From Mobula hypostoma (lineage: Eukaryota), in the NCBI RefSeq assembly GCF_963921235.1, contig NC_086097.1, forward strand, positions 35,714,001-35,778,000: a stretch of DNA of 64,000 bases. The letters are read 5' to 3'. The notes under the pieces are model-generated. The model made no database searches and had not been told where the DNA came from. It saw nothing but the letters and a program-made list of their open reading frames with translations. Below, piece after piece: positions 1 through 14,559 of this stretch. Position 1 is the stretch's first letter, and every line of letters starts with the position of its first letter. The position numbers and the translations under genes are program-made.

Positions 1-905
1 AGTCAGAATCAGATTTCATATCACTGGCGTATGTCGGGAAATTTTGTTGTTTTGTGTCAGCAGTACAGTGCAGTGCATAATGACAAAAAGGTTAAATAGT
101 AGTGCAAATAGAGAGCAGTAAAAGAGAAAAAAAAGTAGTCAGTTGGTGTGCATGGGTTCATTGGCTATTCAGGAATCTGGTGGAAGAGGGGAAGAAGCTG
201 TTCCTAAAATGTTGGGTGTGTGTCTTCATGCTCGTGTACCTCCTCCGTGATGGTAGCAGTGAGAAGAGGGCGTGTCCTGAGTGACGAGAATCCTTAATGA
301 CGGATGCAGTCTTTTGGGGCATCACCTTTTGAAGATCTCCTTGATGCTGGTGAGACTAAGTCCCATGATGAAGCTGGCTGAGTTTGCAACTTTCTAGAGC
401 TTTTACCAATCCTGTGCAGTGGTTCCTCCATATCAGATGGTGATGCAACCAGTTAGAGTGCTCTCCATGGTAGAAATTTGCTAGAGTCGATGGTGACAAA
501 CCAAATTTCCTCAAACACCTAATAAAATATAGCCATTGCCATGCCCCCTTTGTAATTGTATCTATATGCTGGATGCAAGATACAGTAGATCTTCAGAGAT
601 GTTGACACCCAGGAACTTGAAACTGCTTACACTTTCCACCTGATGAGGACTGGAGTGTGTTCCCTTGACTTTCCCTTCCTGAAGTCCACAATCAATTTCT
701 TGGTCATGCTACTATTGAGTGCAAGACTGTGCTTGTAACACCACTGAACCAGCTGATTTATCTCACTCTTTTATGTCTCCTCGTCATCAGCTGAAATTCT
801 GCCAACAATAGTTGTGTCACCAACAAATTTATAGATGGTGTTAGAGCTGTGCCTAGCCACACAGCCATGGGTGTAGAGAGAGTAGGCCAGTGGGTTAAGC
901 ACACG
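1..905 (-). mobile_element. Rex1/Babar-type LINE 3' fragment (decayed)
   Basis: ORF 771-956 reads LYTHGCVARHSSNTIYKFVGDTTIVGRIS, a degenerate KFADD RT motif; similar to the copies at 42138 and 43862. Confidence 0.75.
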
Positions 906-909
906 TCCT

Positions 910-1600
910 TCATCCCTATCAACTACTCTCCTTATTGTGCCACTTTTCCCAGGCAATCACAGGTAACGTAACACCTGAACTTTAACCATTTGTCATGTCA
1001 CACCAGGATTCAGGCGAAGCACCATTCATTTCTACTTCAACCATTTTAGTTTAGTCCATTCATAGGTCTCCTGAACAGAGAGAAGCCAAATGCCAACTGG
1101 GTATCCACTTTGCAGAATATATTCATTTAGTTTTCAAGGGTGATCATGAGCTTCCTATCACCTGTTACTTTAAATCTCTGGCCCATTTCTCTGCTAATCT
1201 GTCTCTCCATTGTTGCCCAATGTAAGTCTGAGGAAAAGCAACCCACTTTCCAATGGGACTTAACATTTTCAGGTAAATCTTCTATTTCCCAAAATATGGG
1301 TTTGGCTTTATTTCAATCTGTGTTTCAATTTGCTTCTTTATGATTTTATTCCAGCTGCTGGTTTTTAAAGTAGTGGTTACCTTGACAACCATGATCTGCA
1401 CACCTGTTATTTCCTCTGTTTTTTTCCACCTTCCCAGCTCCGCAACTTAAAACTCACCTGTCTTCTCACATTTCCAGTTTTGAGGGAGGATCCCTGATCC
1501 GAGATGTCAATCCTACTTATTTGCTCGCTGGTCCCGTTTGACCTGCAAAGCGTTTCCATAATTCTATTGTTATGTTTTGAATTTCCAACATGTGCAGCAT
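910..1600 (+). mobile_element. Highly decayed Penelope-like element (GIY-YIG region and tail)
   Basis: Resembles 39520-40258 (ccactttgcagaa, tgaggaaaagcaacccactttc); degenerate tail near 1475-1600. Confidence 0.5.
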
Positions 1601-2109
1601 TTTTCCCGCAATTCTGTCATAGATTGGCTCCATCTATGATGTAAATGGAATCAATCACCATTATTAATGTTAATTAACTGTTTTCAAAATATTGGCAGGA
1701 ATTTCATAGCATATAATGATTACATCTGAACAAATTATTGGATGATCCTTGTCAATTCATTTTGCATTTATTTAAGCCATTATTTCAACAACAATTGACA
1801 ACTTTATCAGAAGATTACAAGAATGCTTGTCATGGGAAATAGAAATAACTATAATGAAAACATTCAGCATCTTGATAATCTGGCAGATCACTTGATCTAA
1901 TGCTCCCATTTTGAAAGAAATGCCTTCCATTGAAGGGACGAAATCATTTAATGGGTTATATTGGTTTAAATTCAAAGCTGTGCAATATTCCACATGGAGA
2001 TGAGTTAAGGATTTATATGTGTGATCAACATTAATCAACATAAAAATATTTGTCATAGCATGAATTGCAGCTTGTGAACACCATTTTAAACATATACTTT
2101 GCAATGATT

Positions 2110-4410
2110 TTATTCAGGCAGGTAAAAGTCATGCCCTCTCACCCACAACCTCAGTCCGTACCTCCAACACCCTGCTCACACTCGGGCAAATGAGATCACC
2201 GGACTGCGCTCCTCCTCCCTGCAGACAAACGGGAGCTAAAACATGAGGATCCAGCATACAAAGTTGTTCAGTGCTAGCCTCAGTAAATAAACCAGCTTCT
2301 ACATTACTCTTTTGAGGCAGTAGACTTGTCTATGTTCAAAGCACCGGCAGCCAGCTTAGATGAGTATGTCACCATCATCACAGACTTTATCAGCAAGTGT
2401 GTTGAGGGCCGTGTACCAAAGAGAGCAATCTGAGTGTTCCCAAACTGGAAGCCATGAATGAACTGGGAGATCAACTCCATGCTGAAGTCTAGGTCTGCAG
2501 CATTCAAATCAGGTGATCATGAACTTTACAAGAAATCGAGATATGATCTCTGTAAACCTATCAGGGATGCCAAGAGATAATAACAGTCCAAAATGGAGTC
2601 CCGGATCAGCTGTCAGCAGTGGCAGGGTTTACATGCAGTAATGCACTGCAAGACAAAGCCAGGCAGCGTTGCTGACAACAGTCCATCACTTCCCAATAAA
2701 CTTAAAGCATTACCTGCATATTCTGAACAGAAGGGAATTGGTATGTCACCATCCACCCTGACAGCCTCCAATGCACCTGAAATGACAGTCACCGTTGTGG
2801 GCATAAGATCAATCTTCCACAGAGTCAACCCTCAGAAAGCAGCTGGCCATGACAGTGTCTCTGGCCATGTCCTTAGATTCTGCACAGTCACCAGATGGCA
2901 GGGGTATTTACATGTCATCCTGCTTCAATTTGAGGTTAGAAAGATAACTATCATCCTATTAAAAAAATTCACTTTCATAACTGTTGCCTGGCTTCTGACA
3001 TCCACCATCATGAAGTGCTTCAAGAGGCCAGTTATGGCATACATTCACTCCAGCCCCCCCACCCCCACCCCCCAAGAGAACTTTGACCCACTGCAATTTT
3101 TCCTATTGCCACAGCAGACACCATCTCCCTGGCCTTATACTCATGTTTGGAACATTTGGACAGTAAACACACCTTTGTCAAACTATTGTTTATTGACCAC
3201 AACTCTGCCTCCAATACAATAACTCATCTTCAAACTCCTAGACATGGAAGTGAATGCTTCCCTTTGCAACTGGGTCCTTGACTTTCTGACTAATAGACTA
3301 CATTCATTAAGGAGAGACAGCAACTAGAATTATTCTCAACACTGGTCCCCCACAAGGCTGCATCCTCAGTCCGCTGCTCTATACTCATATCTGCATGGCC
3401 AGATTCTTCTCTATCTCTATCTATAATTTTCAGATGATACCACTTTAGAGGGCCATATCTCAAATAGCAATTATGGTGATGAGTCAATGTACAGGAGGGA
3501 GATAGAGAGCTTAGTAACCTGGTGTCATGACAACAACCTTTTCCTCAGTCTCAGAAAAACAAAGGAGCTGGTCATGGACTTCAGGAAGGTGGCAGGGGGG
3601 AGTGCTGCACGTGCTCCTGTTAAAAGCGACAGTACTGAGGTCAAGAGGGTTCAGAGCTTCAAGTTCCTAGCAATGAACATCACCAGTAGTCTCTCCTGGA
3701 CTAACCACATAGAGGCAAAGGAACTTGATGGGATGCATAGCCTAACTCTGCTCTTATGTCTTATAGCTTTAAGCCAAGAAAGCTTGCCAGCGGCTTATCT
3801 TCCTCAAGAGGCTAAAGAAATCTGGCATGTCCCCTTTAAACTCTCCAGTTTTTTGTATTGATGCAGCACGGAAAGCATCCTATCCAGCTGCATCACAGCT
3901 TGGTACGGCAGCTGCTCTGCCTGCAACGGTAAGGAACTGCAGAGAGTTGTGGACACAGCTCAGTGCATCATGAAATCCAGCCTCCCCTCCCCAGCGTCTG
4001 TGTACACTTCTCAATGCCTTGGTAAAGCTGCCACCCTAATCAAAGATCCCACCCACAGCAAACATTCTTTCTTCCCTCCTCTGCCTTCAGGCAGGAGATA
4101 GAAAATCCTGAAAGTATGTACAACCAGGCTCAAGGTCAACTTCTAACCCACTGTTATAAGATTATTGAACAGTTCTCTAATACAATAAAATGAATACTTC
4201 ACCTCACCATCTACATTATTATGATCCTGCACCTTATTGTCTACCTGCACTGCCCTTTCTCTGTAACTGTAACAATTCTCCATTCTGCTATTGTTTTACT
4301 TTGTACTATCTCAGTGCACTGTTGTAATGAATCGATCTGTCTGAACAGTATGCAAAACAAGTTTTTCACTGTATCTTAGTACATATACGCAATGAACCAA
4401 TTTACTAACT
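2110..4410 (+). mobile_element. Rex1/Babar-type LINE, 5'-truncated and frameshifted
   Basis: ORF pieces VNPQKAAGHDSVSGHVLRFC, YRREIESLVTWCHDNNLFLSLRKTKELVMDFRK and VQSFKFLAMNITSSLSWTNHI. Confidence 0.85.
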
Positions 4411-4659
4411 TGTCTATTTCACCAGCCCCACGTTCCAGATAGAACCCCAAATCCCGTTCCTTCCTGAGCTCCCACTCAGACTACCACCTCTCGGCATCCT
4501 GTGATGCCGCAGTGCTGTAGTCATCTGAAGAGCCTGAATGGTGCAAGGAGGCTCCCTCTGAATCAGCTCCAAAGACCAAGAGTTTGGCAAGGGACTCTGA
4601 AATACCCAACTTCCACCCAAAGAGATTAAGTGCTACAGCACATTAATGGCCATAAGACC

Positions 4660-5045
4660 ATAAAACTGTCAAACGTAGGAGCAAAATTAAGCCCAACAAC
4701 CCATAGAGTCTGCTCCGCCATTCCATTATGGTTAAATAATTATCCCTCTCAAACAGATTCTCCTGCCTTCTCCCCACAGCCTTTGATGTCCTTACTAAAC
4801 AAGTCCCTTTTAGCCGTTGCTTTCAATATACCCAAATGTCTTGGCCCCCACAGCTGTCTGCAGCAATGAATTCCACAGATTCATCACCCTCTGGCTAAAG
4901 AAATTACTCCTCATTTCCTTTCTAAAGGGATATCCTTCTATTTCAAGGCTGTGCCCTCTGCTCCTAGACTCCTCCACTATAGGAAACATCCATTCCATGT
5001 CCATTCAATATTTGATAGCCTCAAAAATACTTCCCCCTCCCCATG
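4660..5045 (-). mobile_element. CR1 LINE 3' end
   Basis: ESRSRGHSLEIEGYPFRKEMRSNFFSQRVMNLWNSL is the typical CR1 ORF2 C-terminus. Confidence 0.85.
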
Positions 5046-5376
5046 AGCTATTCATTATATTTTCTCTTCGCTTTGAAGATCTTTTTGTTTCTAGTAAAGT
5101 TTAAAACAGACTTTTCTTTCACTCCATTGTTCCAATTTACAGTAAAAATGCACCTTGCTCAGAAATTGCTCAGAACGGTAATAGAGTATAAAGCAGAATA
5201 TTCCAGTCAATGGTGTTCAGTGGCGTGTATTTGTCTTACAGCAAGTTTAAATGCAAGCATTTTCAACCTTTAATAGAAAAAAATGTAATAGTAAAAGATG
5301 TCTGATTGCAATTAAGTAAGGGCTTGCTGAGATTTATTTTGCCTGTTAATGAACACAGTCTTACTTCTCTTTGGTG

Positions 5377-5510
5377 TTTAGGGTCTTGGCCCAAACCATC
5401 GACTGTACCTCTTCCTAGAGATGCTGCCTGGCCTGCTGCGTTCACCAGCAACTTTGATGTGTGTTGCTTGAATTTCCAGCATCTGAAGAATTCCTCGTGT
5501 TTGTGTTTAG
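5377..5510 (+). repeat. Penelope tail fragment
   Basis: gggtcttggcccaaaccatcgactgtacctcttcctagagatgctgcc is nearly identical to the right arm at 44416-44500. Confidence 0.7.
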
Positions 5511-5519
5511 ACTATTGAT

Positions 5520-7070
5520 TTCTGTTTTCAATGAACTCAGCTCCTGACCCTTCACTGTCCTCTGGTAGACTGATTCCAGAAATTCACCACCCGCTGCATG
5601 AAGAAATCTCTTCCCATCTCAGTCCTAAATCTAATTAGAACACAATGACTCATCAGGCAGGAGAAATATCCTCCCTGCATCCAATGTGTTGTGTCTAGAA
5701 GAATATAGTATCTGATCTTTTCTCACTCATCCAAATGTCAAGACCATGGGCCTGACCTACTCACTCGCTCCTCTGATATCAAAACCGCTATTTCAGGAAC
5801 CCGTACAATAAATTTTCACTACACTCCATCTGAGGCAAGTATACTCTTTATTAAGTCAGAAAGACACAACTGCATACTCCAGATGTGGGTTCCACAAGGC
5901 CCTTTATAACCGCAATAAAACACCTTTAGCCTCTGTATCCTAAACCTTTTCTATTAAGGTTCAAAGGTTCATTTATTACCAAAGCATATAACTCTAAAAT
6001 TCTTCTTCTCCGGGTAGCCATGAAACCAGGAAAGAAAAGTATGAACATCAAAACCCAAAGCCCACCCCCCGCACAAAAACAAAATGAACAAAATGGAACA
6101 GGCACATCAACCCCCAAATCCCCATCCCCACACAAAAAAATTGGAAAGATTGGGCGAGAGGCACAGAATATTAAAAACTATAGGACTGAAAAAAGTCTTA
6201 TCCAAAACACCGAAAAGCTGAGCAATGCTCTCTGGGCACAGTGGCAAGCTCTCCCCTCACCGGTACAGAGTGATCAAAAGACATGCAACCGGTGCTCACC
6301 CTCTGTTCTTGCCTCAATGTTTCAATCTCCCTTGTGGCTTTAATCAGCACAGAATGGAAGCTTTAATCAGCAAAATGGAGTTGAACATTGGCTTGCGCCC
6401 CATCCCAGAGCCTGTCCACTACGAGGTTCGCTCACACTGCCTTTGCCTCCCGGAATCCTCTCAGAGTCACTTTAACTGGTGAAAATGGAAGCTTTAATCA
6501 GTGAAATGGAATTGAACATCAGCTCACACCCACTGTGAGGTTTGCTCACTCTGCCCCTGCCTCCCGGAATCCATTCACGGACTGAGAGCACTGAAACACC
6601 CAAACAATCGCCAAACTGCAAATCCCAGGCTCCAGCAGTTCCAGAATAACATCCAAGATTAAAAACAAACATCGGAAACATAAAAGAAGTGAAATATATG
6701 GTTTCAAAATCTGTCCAGAAGATGTCCACTGAAATGGTGTTGTACACTGGCACTGTCTTGACCTCAAGGTCAACATATCATTTTCCTTCCTAATTCTTTG
6801 GTGTAACAGTCAGGCAGCTTTCAACGTCTAGTTTACAAGCAAATGTAGGTCCCTTTCAACATTGACAGTACCCATATTCTTCCTATTTAAATAATGTTAT
6901 TTTTCAGTTTTGTACACCGGAGATGGTAACTTTGCATATTACCACAGTATATTGCATCTGTCACATTCTTATCTGTCCCTCACTTGTCTACATCCTTTTA
7001 TATCTTCCTTATTACTCATAATCACACTTAGTTTTATATCATCAGCAAACCTGGAAATACAATATTCAAT
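5520..7070 (-). mobile_element. Decayed CR1 RT/3' region split by an insertion at about 5961-6765
   Basis: CR1-like sequence on both sides; rejoins as ctattaaggt|caacatatca. Confidence 0.55.
5961..6765 (-). mobile_element. Unclassified non-coding retroposon-like insertion with an internal duplication
   Basis: AAGGT flanks both ends; 3' end similar to 51395-51838 and 27740-27998; internal duplication at about 6350-6600. Confidence 0.55.
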
Positions 7071-8954
7071 ATTCAAACTTCAGGATTGAATTTTATCACA
7101 TGTACATTGAAACATACAGTGAAGTGCTTCCTTTGCATCAACAGCCAACATACATGAACATGTGCTGGAGGAAGCCTGCACGTGTTGTCACACAATCCAG
7201 AGCCAACATAACATGCCCGCAATGTTCAGCAGAATGCTGTCTGCCTATCAGGTTGATAGGTTCTTGATTAGTAAGGGTGTCAAAGGTTACAGGGAGAAAG
7301 CTTAATAATAAATCAACCATGATGGAATAGAGCAGACTCAATGGATCAAATAGCCCAATTCTGCTTCTATGTCTTATGTTCTAATCGATGATGTTCAAGC
7401 ACTGAGTCCCAATGTACTTAACGATTCACATGTTGCCATTCTGAGAAACATCTCTTTTTTCCCATTCTTTGCTTTTGGTCAGATAACCCAATTCTCAACC
7501 ATGTCAGTATATTACCACACCTTCATATGCCAACCTCCAGCAAGGGACCTTATCAAAAGTATGATGAAAATCCAGATACGCTATATCCATTGGTTGATCC
7601 TTATCTGCCCTTATTGAACTCCTAAAATATTGTCAAAGAACTCCTGTTGATTAGGCAAATATGATTTTTCTTTCCTGAATCCATGCTTAATTGACTCTGC
7701 TCAGTTGTAGAGTTTGCTCTGCTTAATGTTATTTTCAAAGTTTTTAGTTATTGAATCTTCCAATATAGATGATAAGATGACTTCCAATGTGTGGGACTCT
7801 GGAACTTTGAGGTGAGAATGAGGCTGATAATCTCAAAATTAAGGAATGACTATTTGAAACTGGAGATATTTTTTCTCAGTTGCTAGGTTGTTTATCTTTA
7901 CAATTTTGTATCCTCAAGGCTGTGGGTGCTCATGACTATATACTTAAGATAGTATTAATATAGTATTGGATGTTATGGGTTTGAAGAGATAGTGCTGGAA
8001 GCCAGAATTGCAAAGTTCATGAGCAAACTCAAATGTTTGAAAATGCTGCCTATGCTTTTGCTTCTAATGCTTCTACATAACAAGACACAATATTTCAGAT
8101 AAATGAAGAGATTCTGACTTTACAGCAGATTTCTCTCAGTCTCAACTTCTCATTCAGTATAAATGCTTCATTTTATATCAAGCAGGCTCAAAGGATGTTA
8201 TAAATCAGTAGAAGTGTACAGTAACATGAAACAATTTCTCCTACAACTTAGTTCACAGGCAGGTTGGAGCACAACCATCTTCTCCCAAACTCAAAGTCCC
8301 TGTCATTCCATACTGCTGTTATACTAACAGTTTCAAAACCAGCTTGCATTGCTATTTACTCCTAGAAAAGGCTCCACATAAACACTTCATAATAGGATGC
8401 ACTGCATTTCCCATAATGCAAAGGACTGAGTTGTTTAATCTGGCTTGTTTCAAAATAGAGAATATTGCTTAAGTTGCTAAGTTCAAAGAAGCCTGCAGAC
8501 CAAATTTAGCATATTAAAAATTGATCTAGTAATGTTGGAAATTTTATGTACTCAAGGAAGTTATCTTCCCAGCATTTAAGGTGGATAGCCTGGAACTATA
8601 ACTCCAAGAGGCTTTTAGGCTATTTGTGTAAAAAGCGGTTATGAGGGAATATCATACATGTATGAATTTACCAAGTGGCAAAGAAACTGTATAAATGTAG
8701 AAAGCAGTTCAAGCTTGTTAGGAATGGTTAAAGAACATCAAGAAGAATGAAAGAAACAGATATGTGAGAGAGAAATAGAGCTAAAACATTGAGTCAAGTG
8801 TCCTTCGTTAGAACTGGAAAAGTGAAAATATCAGCAAATTTTAAGTTGCAAAGATCAGGAGGAAGAGAGAACAGGGGAATATCTATGCTCAGATGCATAT
8901 GAAAGTTCTGCAGATCAGAGGAACAAGGGATTCTGCAGATACTTTAAGGTTCTC

Positions 8955-9090
8955 TGTCCCGATGAAGGATCTCAGCCCAAAACATCAACTGTTTACTCTT
9001 CTCCGTAAATGCAATCTAACCTGCTGAGTTCCTTCTGCATTTTGTGTGTGTTGTTCTGGATTTCCAGCATGTGCAGAATATCTTGTATTT
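8955..9090 (+). repeat. Penelope tail with a decayed hammerhead core
   Basis: ccgatgaaggatctcagcccaaaacatcaactg followed by cctgctgagttcc. Confidence 0.6.
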
Positions 9091-10699
9091 AAGTTCTCAA
9101 AATGTTTTTCTTTTCCAACATGCCTGTGTTAGAGTGATTTTTGGGTTTAGCACATTTACATTTAGCAAATAACTTTGGCTACCAGTCTTCAGGTCCGAGT
9201 ATAAGTTGTGGATTTAAATTGGGGTGCAGCTCTGAACAACGGGTTCCTAAAAGCTGCGAATCTCCAGACCAGAAGATGCTGAAATTGGGTTCCTAAAACT
9301 TATTTGGATGTCGGTGGTATGGGTGCAAACTGGGGGTGGGGGGGTGAAGTTTGTGTGTAGTTTCAAAGAAAACATTGGAGATACATTGTAAATATGAAAT
9401 TGTCCTTTGATGGTTAGAACATAAAATATTGAGTCCTACATTGGGCCAGCCAAACCTTTTGACCAAAAGTGTCTCCATATGATGTCTGCTGTATCTTATT
9501 TAGTTGAATAAAGAAGCTTCTTTTTCAGTACCAGTACTTTTTCATTCGCACAACAGCAGCCTGCTTATTTATTTTTCCAGCTTTGAAGAAGGGTTGCTAA
9601 CCTTTAATCTGAAGTTAAACTCTGTTTCTCTTTCCTCAGACACTGCCTGACCTATTCAATATTTATGGTGTTCTCTGTTTTTATCATAGTTAACACACAT
9701 AAACAAAACAAATTACTGTGAATAGTGGAGATCTTAAAATAATAACAGACAATGCCAGAAACACTCAACAGGTCAGGCAGAGGAGATCAAAAGAGTTGAT
9801 TTCCCAACACCAGTAACAACACTGTACAAGATTCCCTTCAGTAAGTGCAGATTGTCTGTGGGTTTTTAAATTCATCGATTATACTTCCACTTTAAAGTTC
9901 CCCAACCAATTTGCATTAATGGGCAGGAAGGCAGCTTTTAATGAGTCAGTTTCAAATCAAGTATTTGAAGAGAAACATGATTGCAACATGCAAATGCCAG
10001 AAAGAGGTCATGATTGTGGCTACACACAGCATCTTTCTACAGTAAATCTGCCATATCATTTAACCATAAGTATTATCTTTCCACCATCTCCCTGCTTTAG
10101 TCATTTTTGGCCAACAAATTTCCTTTCCACGTGATGAATAAACGGGAAGGCAATGGACTGTCTCCAAGCAGTGGAGGGACTGGGTAAGACAAGGTTGTAG
10201 GCTTACCTTGTATTGAGTAAACATTGGGTAAAATGGAGCTCTTTAGAAGGAGAAATAGGAGGCACCCAAACAAATCTCACTATAACAAGTCTCTTACGGA
10301 GCAATACCATGGCACTGTAATCAGAGGCAGTAGTATCAGTTCCAACATTTGGTGTTCATAGAACTGAAAGCTCTAAAAATGATCTGAAAGTGCAATATAT
10401 GTCAAGTTGGGAATGTGGTATTGTGCATTTATAGCATACATCTGTGGTCATTTCATCCCAAACTTTACATTTATTCTATCATTTCTGAACTCTCATCAGC
10501 CATAAACAGGCTTCTCTGCTTGATGCTCTCCCATACTTTGTTGAAAATACTGTTTTTAATATACAAAATTATTTCTTTATTTAAATATTTTGCAAATGAT
10601 ACTCAATCTCTTTGGAACAAAACAGAAAGGATAATGTCCTACCTCATTAAGTCAGTTCAGAAACCTTTCAGTCCAAAAAAATCTGTTATCTCAGCCTTT

Positions 10700-11180
10700 A
10701 ATATGTTCAGTGACTCAGTCTCCTCTGCTCTCCAAAGATTCATGTCTCCCTGTGAAGGAAGGTTTGCTTATCTTTGTCATCAACAGCAATCTTAATTCTG
10801 AAACTATGCCTGAATTTCTAGGTTCACCATGAGAGGAAACGTTCTCTCAGTATTCTGCCTGCTGAGCCCCTTCTGAACCTTATATTTTTTCAAATTGATC
10901 TCCTCTCAGTTTCTAAGCTTCAATGAGTGTAGATTCAACCTGCCCTGTTATTCCTCGTAAGATCAATACAATGTCCAAAGAATATACCTAATGGATCTTT
11001 AGTGAACTGGCTCCAAAACAAATATATCTCCTTCCATAGACAAGGGGAGCAGAACCGTATGTCAAGTCTCCAGGTTCAGAACAAAGCCTTGCATAGTTGT
11101 AGCAAGATTTTCCTTCTATTGCACTCTCTCCCTTACAATTATTTCTAACATACCACTTGCCTGTGAAATTACTTCCTATG
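10700..11180 (-). mobile_element. Old CR1 3' fragment
   Basis: Weak by-eye similarity to the CR1 3' ends at 19864 and 30305. Confidence 0.4.
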
Positions 11181-13288
11181 CCCTAATAAAACTGATTTGT
11201 AGTAGCACAGTCTTTTTTTTTCCTATTTCATTTTTCTGCCATTCAGTTCACAGTCATATACTGCACCCTACCCCTCAGAAAATTAAACACTGTTGAAAGT
11301 GAGGTATTGTCAGATGTTCTGGCAGACAATACCAATAAAAATAAAATTGGCATAAGGCTACCCTGATTATTATTTGCTAACAATGCATTTTTGACTCTGT
11401 CCGAATTTTATCCCAGTATCATGACAAGGGAAACAAATGATGGCAACATAAACATTTATAAATGAACAAATATATTTCATCAATTCATATTACCCTGTTG
11501 GAGCAAAAACATATGCATGGTTTCTTGCATTGTTCAAACCATAAAAAGAAAATATGATCAGGTTCACTGGAATTATGCTTTATGGAAAGAAACCTAGCTT
11601 CTGAATAATGCATTCTGCTGTCTGGGGAACTGTTCAAGACCATCTGACATTGCAATGTTAAATTCAATAGTAAAGGCAGAAAACATGCCAATGGCATGAA
11701 TATTTTCTTAAGTGTAGCCAGAAATAGCACATGAATTTAATTTTTCACTCACTCACGCCCTTCGCACTCAATATAAATACAGGGCTATGTTAAACAACTG
11801 CAGCAGTTGGTGAAGTGTCATTGCTGTGGTGAGGGAGGCAGTTCCGGATCATAGCTTTGTTATGGTTCTGCTACAACTCCCACCTGCATCAAGTGGTGCA
11901 GTCTATTAGATGATATTTTCAATCAAGGTACTTGAAGGTTAAGGCCATATTTGATATTTAAAATATTATAAATGCAAATCGGGCAATACTTAGAATTGTT
12001 TAAATTATTAATATTAAATTCAACAAGTGAATCATAAAAAGGGTGTTTAATTTCTTGCAGGCTGATTAATTTCCCCATATTCTTAAGTATCATAACCCAA
12101 GCTGAGGAGAAGATATATGAAATTGCATTACTTAATGTTGTTTAGTATAGAAGCTAGTGGAATCACTGTGTTCTTCGGAATGGATAACTAGATCAATGAA
12201 TAGTAGATCATAACAATAGAAATAAGCCTGAGCAATGGTGCAACTGCTCACTTTCTGAAATGTCTACCTTTGGAGTTGTGAACCACAGCAATTGTAAACT
12301 TACTTGCCTAGGTATCAGACTTTCTGCATTACTAAATGGATGATAATTATTGCACTAATGCCTTTAGTCGCTCCAACAAAAGAACAAGAAATTGGCCATA
12401 AATGTGTTTAAACATTTGCTATGGCATTTTGGATCTGGTGTAAAGCTGCATGAGGCTTGGTTGTGGTCCTGCCTCGTCCTTCACAGGCTCAGTGTCTCTG
12501 CCCTTGGCAACAGATACAGGAGAGGCAGTGCCTTGGGAAGGTAGTGTCAATTTTCAGGGATCCCCATTATCTGGGTCACGCTATCTTCTTAGAGCTACCA
12601 TCAGCTCGAGGTACAAAAGCCTGAAATTCCACACCATTCGGTTCTAGAATATCAACTTTCCTACAATGATCAGGTTCTTGAGCTGACCTGCAGAACCCGA
12701 ATCCTACCTCAGCAACTGAATACCAAGGACAACTTCTTGCACTACGGTGACTTACCTTTTTTTTAAAACAGTCTTTTTTTCCCATGGTATGGTATAATTT
12801 TATGTATAATTTATATCCTGTGCACTGTCTACCTATGTAATTGTGAAGCTGCTGCAAGCAAGATTTTCATTGTATCTGTACCTCACTGTACTTGTGCACG
12901 GGACAATAAACTTGACTGGACATGCAAAACAGCACTTGCATGATAACACGTATGATGTTCAAAAGTACCAGGCCTGATTCTGCACACGTACACGATCAAC
13001 TGAGCATCAATCCCTCAAGAATGACAGCCCTTAAAGGCACACACCCTATTACACACATAGTTGGTGACAAGGGATGAGAAGATTGAGGAGAAAAGAGGAG
13101 AGAGTCTACATTTCATAGAGGGGAACAATTGATGCTTGGTGTGAGACGTTGTTGTATCGTGTAATGGTAGTGGAGGTGGGGTAGTGGTGGTGATGCTGCT
13201 GGGATAGTGTGATGGTGGTGGAGTGGTGATGGGGGTGTGGTGTAATTTGGCTGGGGTGGTGATTGAGGTGAAGTGATAGTAGTAGGAA

Positions 13289-13901
13289 TGTTATGGAGTA
13301 TTCTAGAGTTACTATATGAATATAGTAGATATTAACTAAAGCAAGAACCAGACTTCAGTTCTTATAGTAAATTGCAAACAGTAATTGAAGTTAAAAGCAC
13401 AGGCTGTTCCGCCTACTAAGAGAAATGGTTTGCAAAATACTGACCTTGAGATATTTGCATATGCATCAACCAAATGTTAAGACATTGGAGGTGTGTTAAT
13501 TGGCCTGCATCAATCCAGGCGACTATGGGGTTAAGTAACTTGTACCATTATGACTTGAGTTAAAGGAAGCTTGCAGACCAGACTGATATTATTATGTTAA
13601 TTAGTTTCTTCCAGCTCAGGTATTTGAATATTCAGAAGTGTCCTCCACTGTAGAAATGCAATTTGAAGGAAGTATTGTCAACCAAAAGTATTGAAGTAAA
13701 CAATGTCATTGTAACTATTGAAAATATTTTGAATCACTTACTATTACCATTGATCTTATGAGCATAAAATGAGATGTATTTTCAAATTTGTGAGATTCTA
13801 ATATGAGTGTCTTGGAAGAATGTTTGCTTGTAGTAATGAATAAAGACATCTATATAACCAGCTTCAGTATCTCTCCAGTAACTTTGATTATAGTCACAAC
13901 A
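13289..13901 (+). mobile_element. Candidate LTR
   Basis: TG...ACAACA ends; AATAAA near 13839; followed by a PBS-like TGGCAGC; no TSD or partner LTR seen. Confidence 0.3.
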
Positions 13902-14559
13902 CTTGTTGGCAGCTCATCTGGAAAAGCTAAAACACAGCAATGGCTATCAGTAGGATCACAGCAAGGTGTTTTCAGGTTCACATTCCATGCCATGACAGTG
14001 GATTGTCAGAATAATCTGACAACAAATCTCTCAGTCCCCTTGATCAAGCTACAGGAGAGTTTGTGATGGTCTGTACTGGAATGGCTGCAAGGATCTCACC
14101 CTGGTGGCACCCTACCTGGACTGTCTCTTTGATCACTGGCCTAGTGCATTTGTATCCAGCCCATTCCAGGCTGCAATGTCTGCCTTTAAATGCTGTGTGC
14201 AATTTTTTCTCTTTCTTGGCCTGCCTTGCCATCAAGATTGTGTATCTTGATGATTCTGTTGTAGCTCAGATCTCTTTCCATCTATTTTCCCAACACGTTT
14301 CTACCCTGATCTATATATCTATCTACCTCACGGAACCAGCCTTCTTTACAAAGTACCATTATCGTTATATTTTAACATATTATTCACTACTTGCTGATAC
14401 ACTCTCATGTCCTCTGCATTTGTGTTCCCATTCTATTTATCTGCAGGTCTTTTTCCATCAGGAGAGGTCATATGTGAAGCAGCAGGCTAGTGTTGTTAAC
14501 TTGGATTGTCTCTAATGGCACTGTTAATGGGCGGTCTTGATCCCTTGTTCTGTCTGCGA

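Noticed and set aside
10205..10320. Minus-strand CAAG|GTAAGC donor with a short upstream open frame
   Set aside because: No recognisable protein and no partner exons
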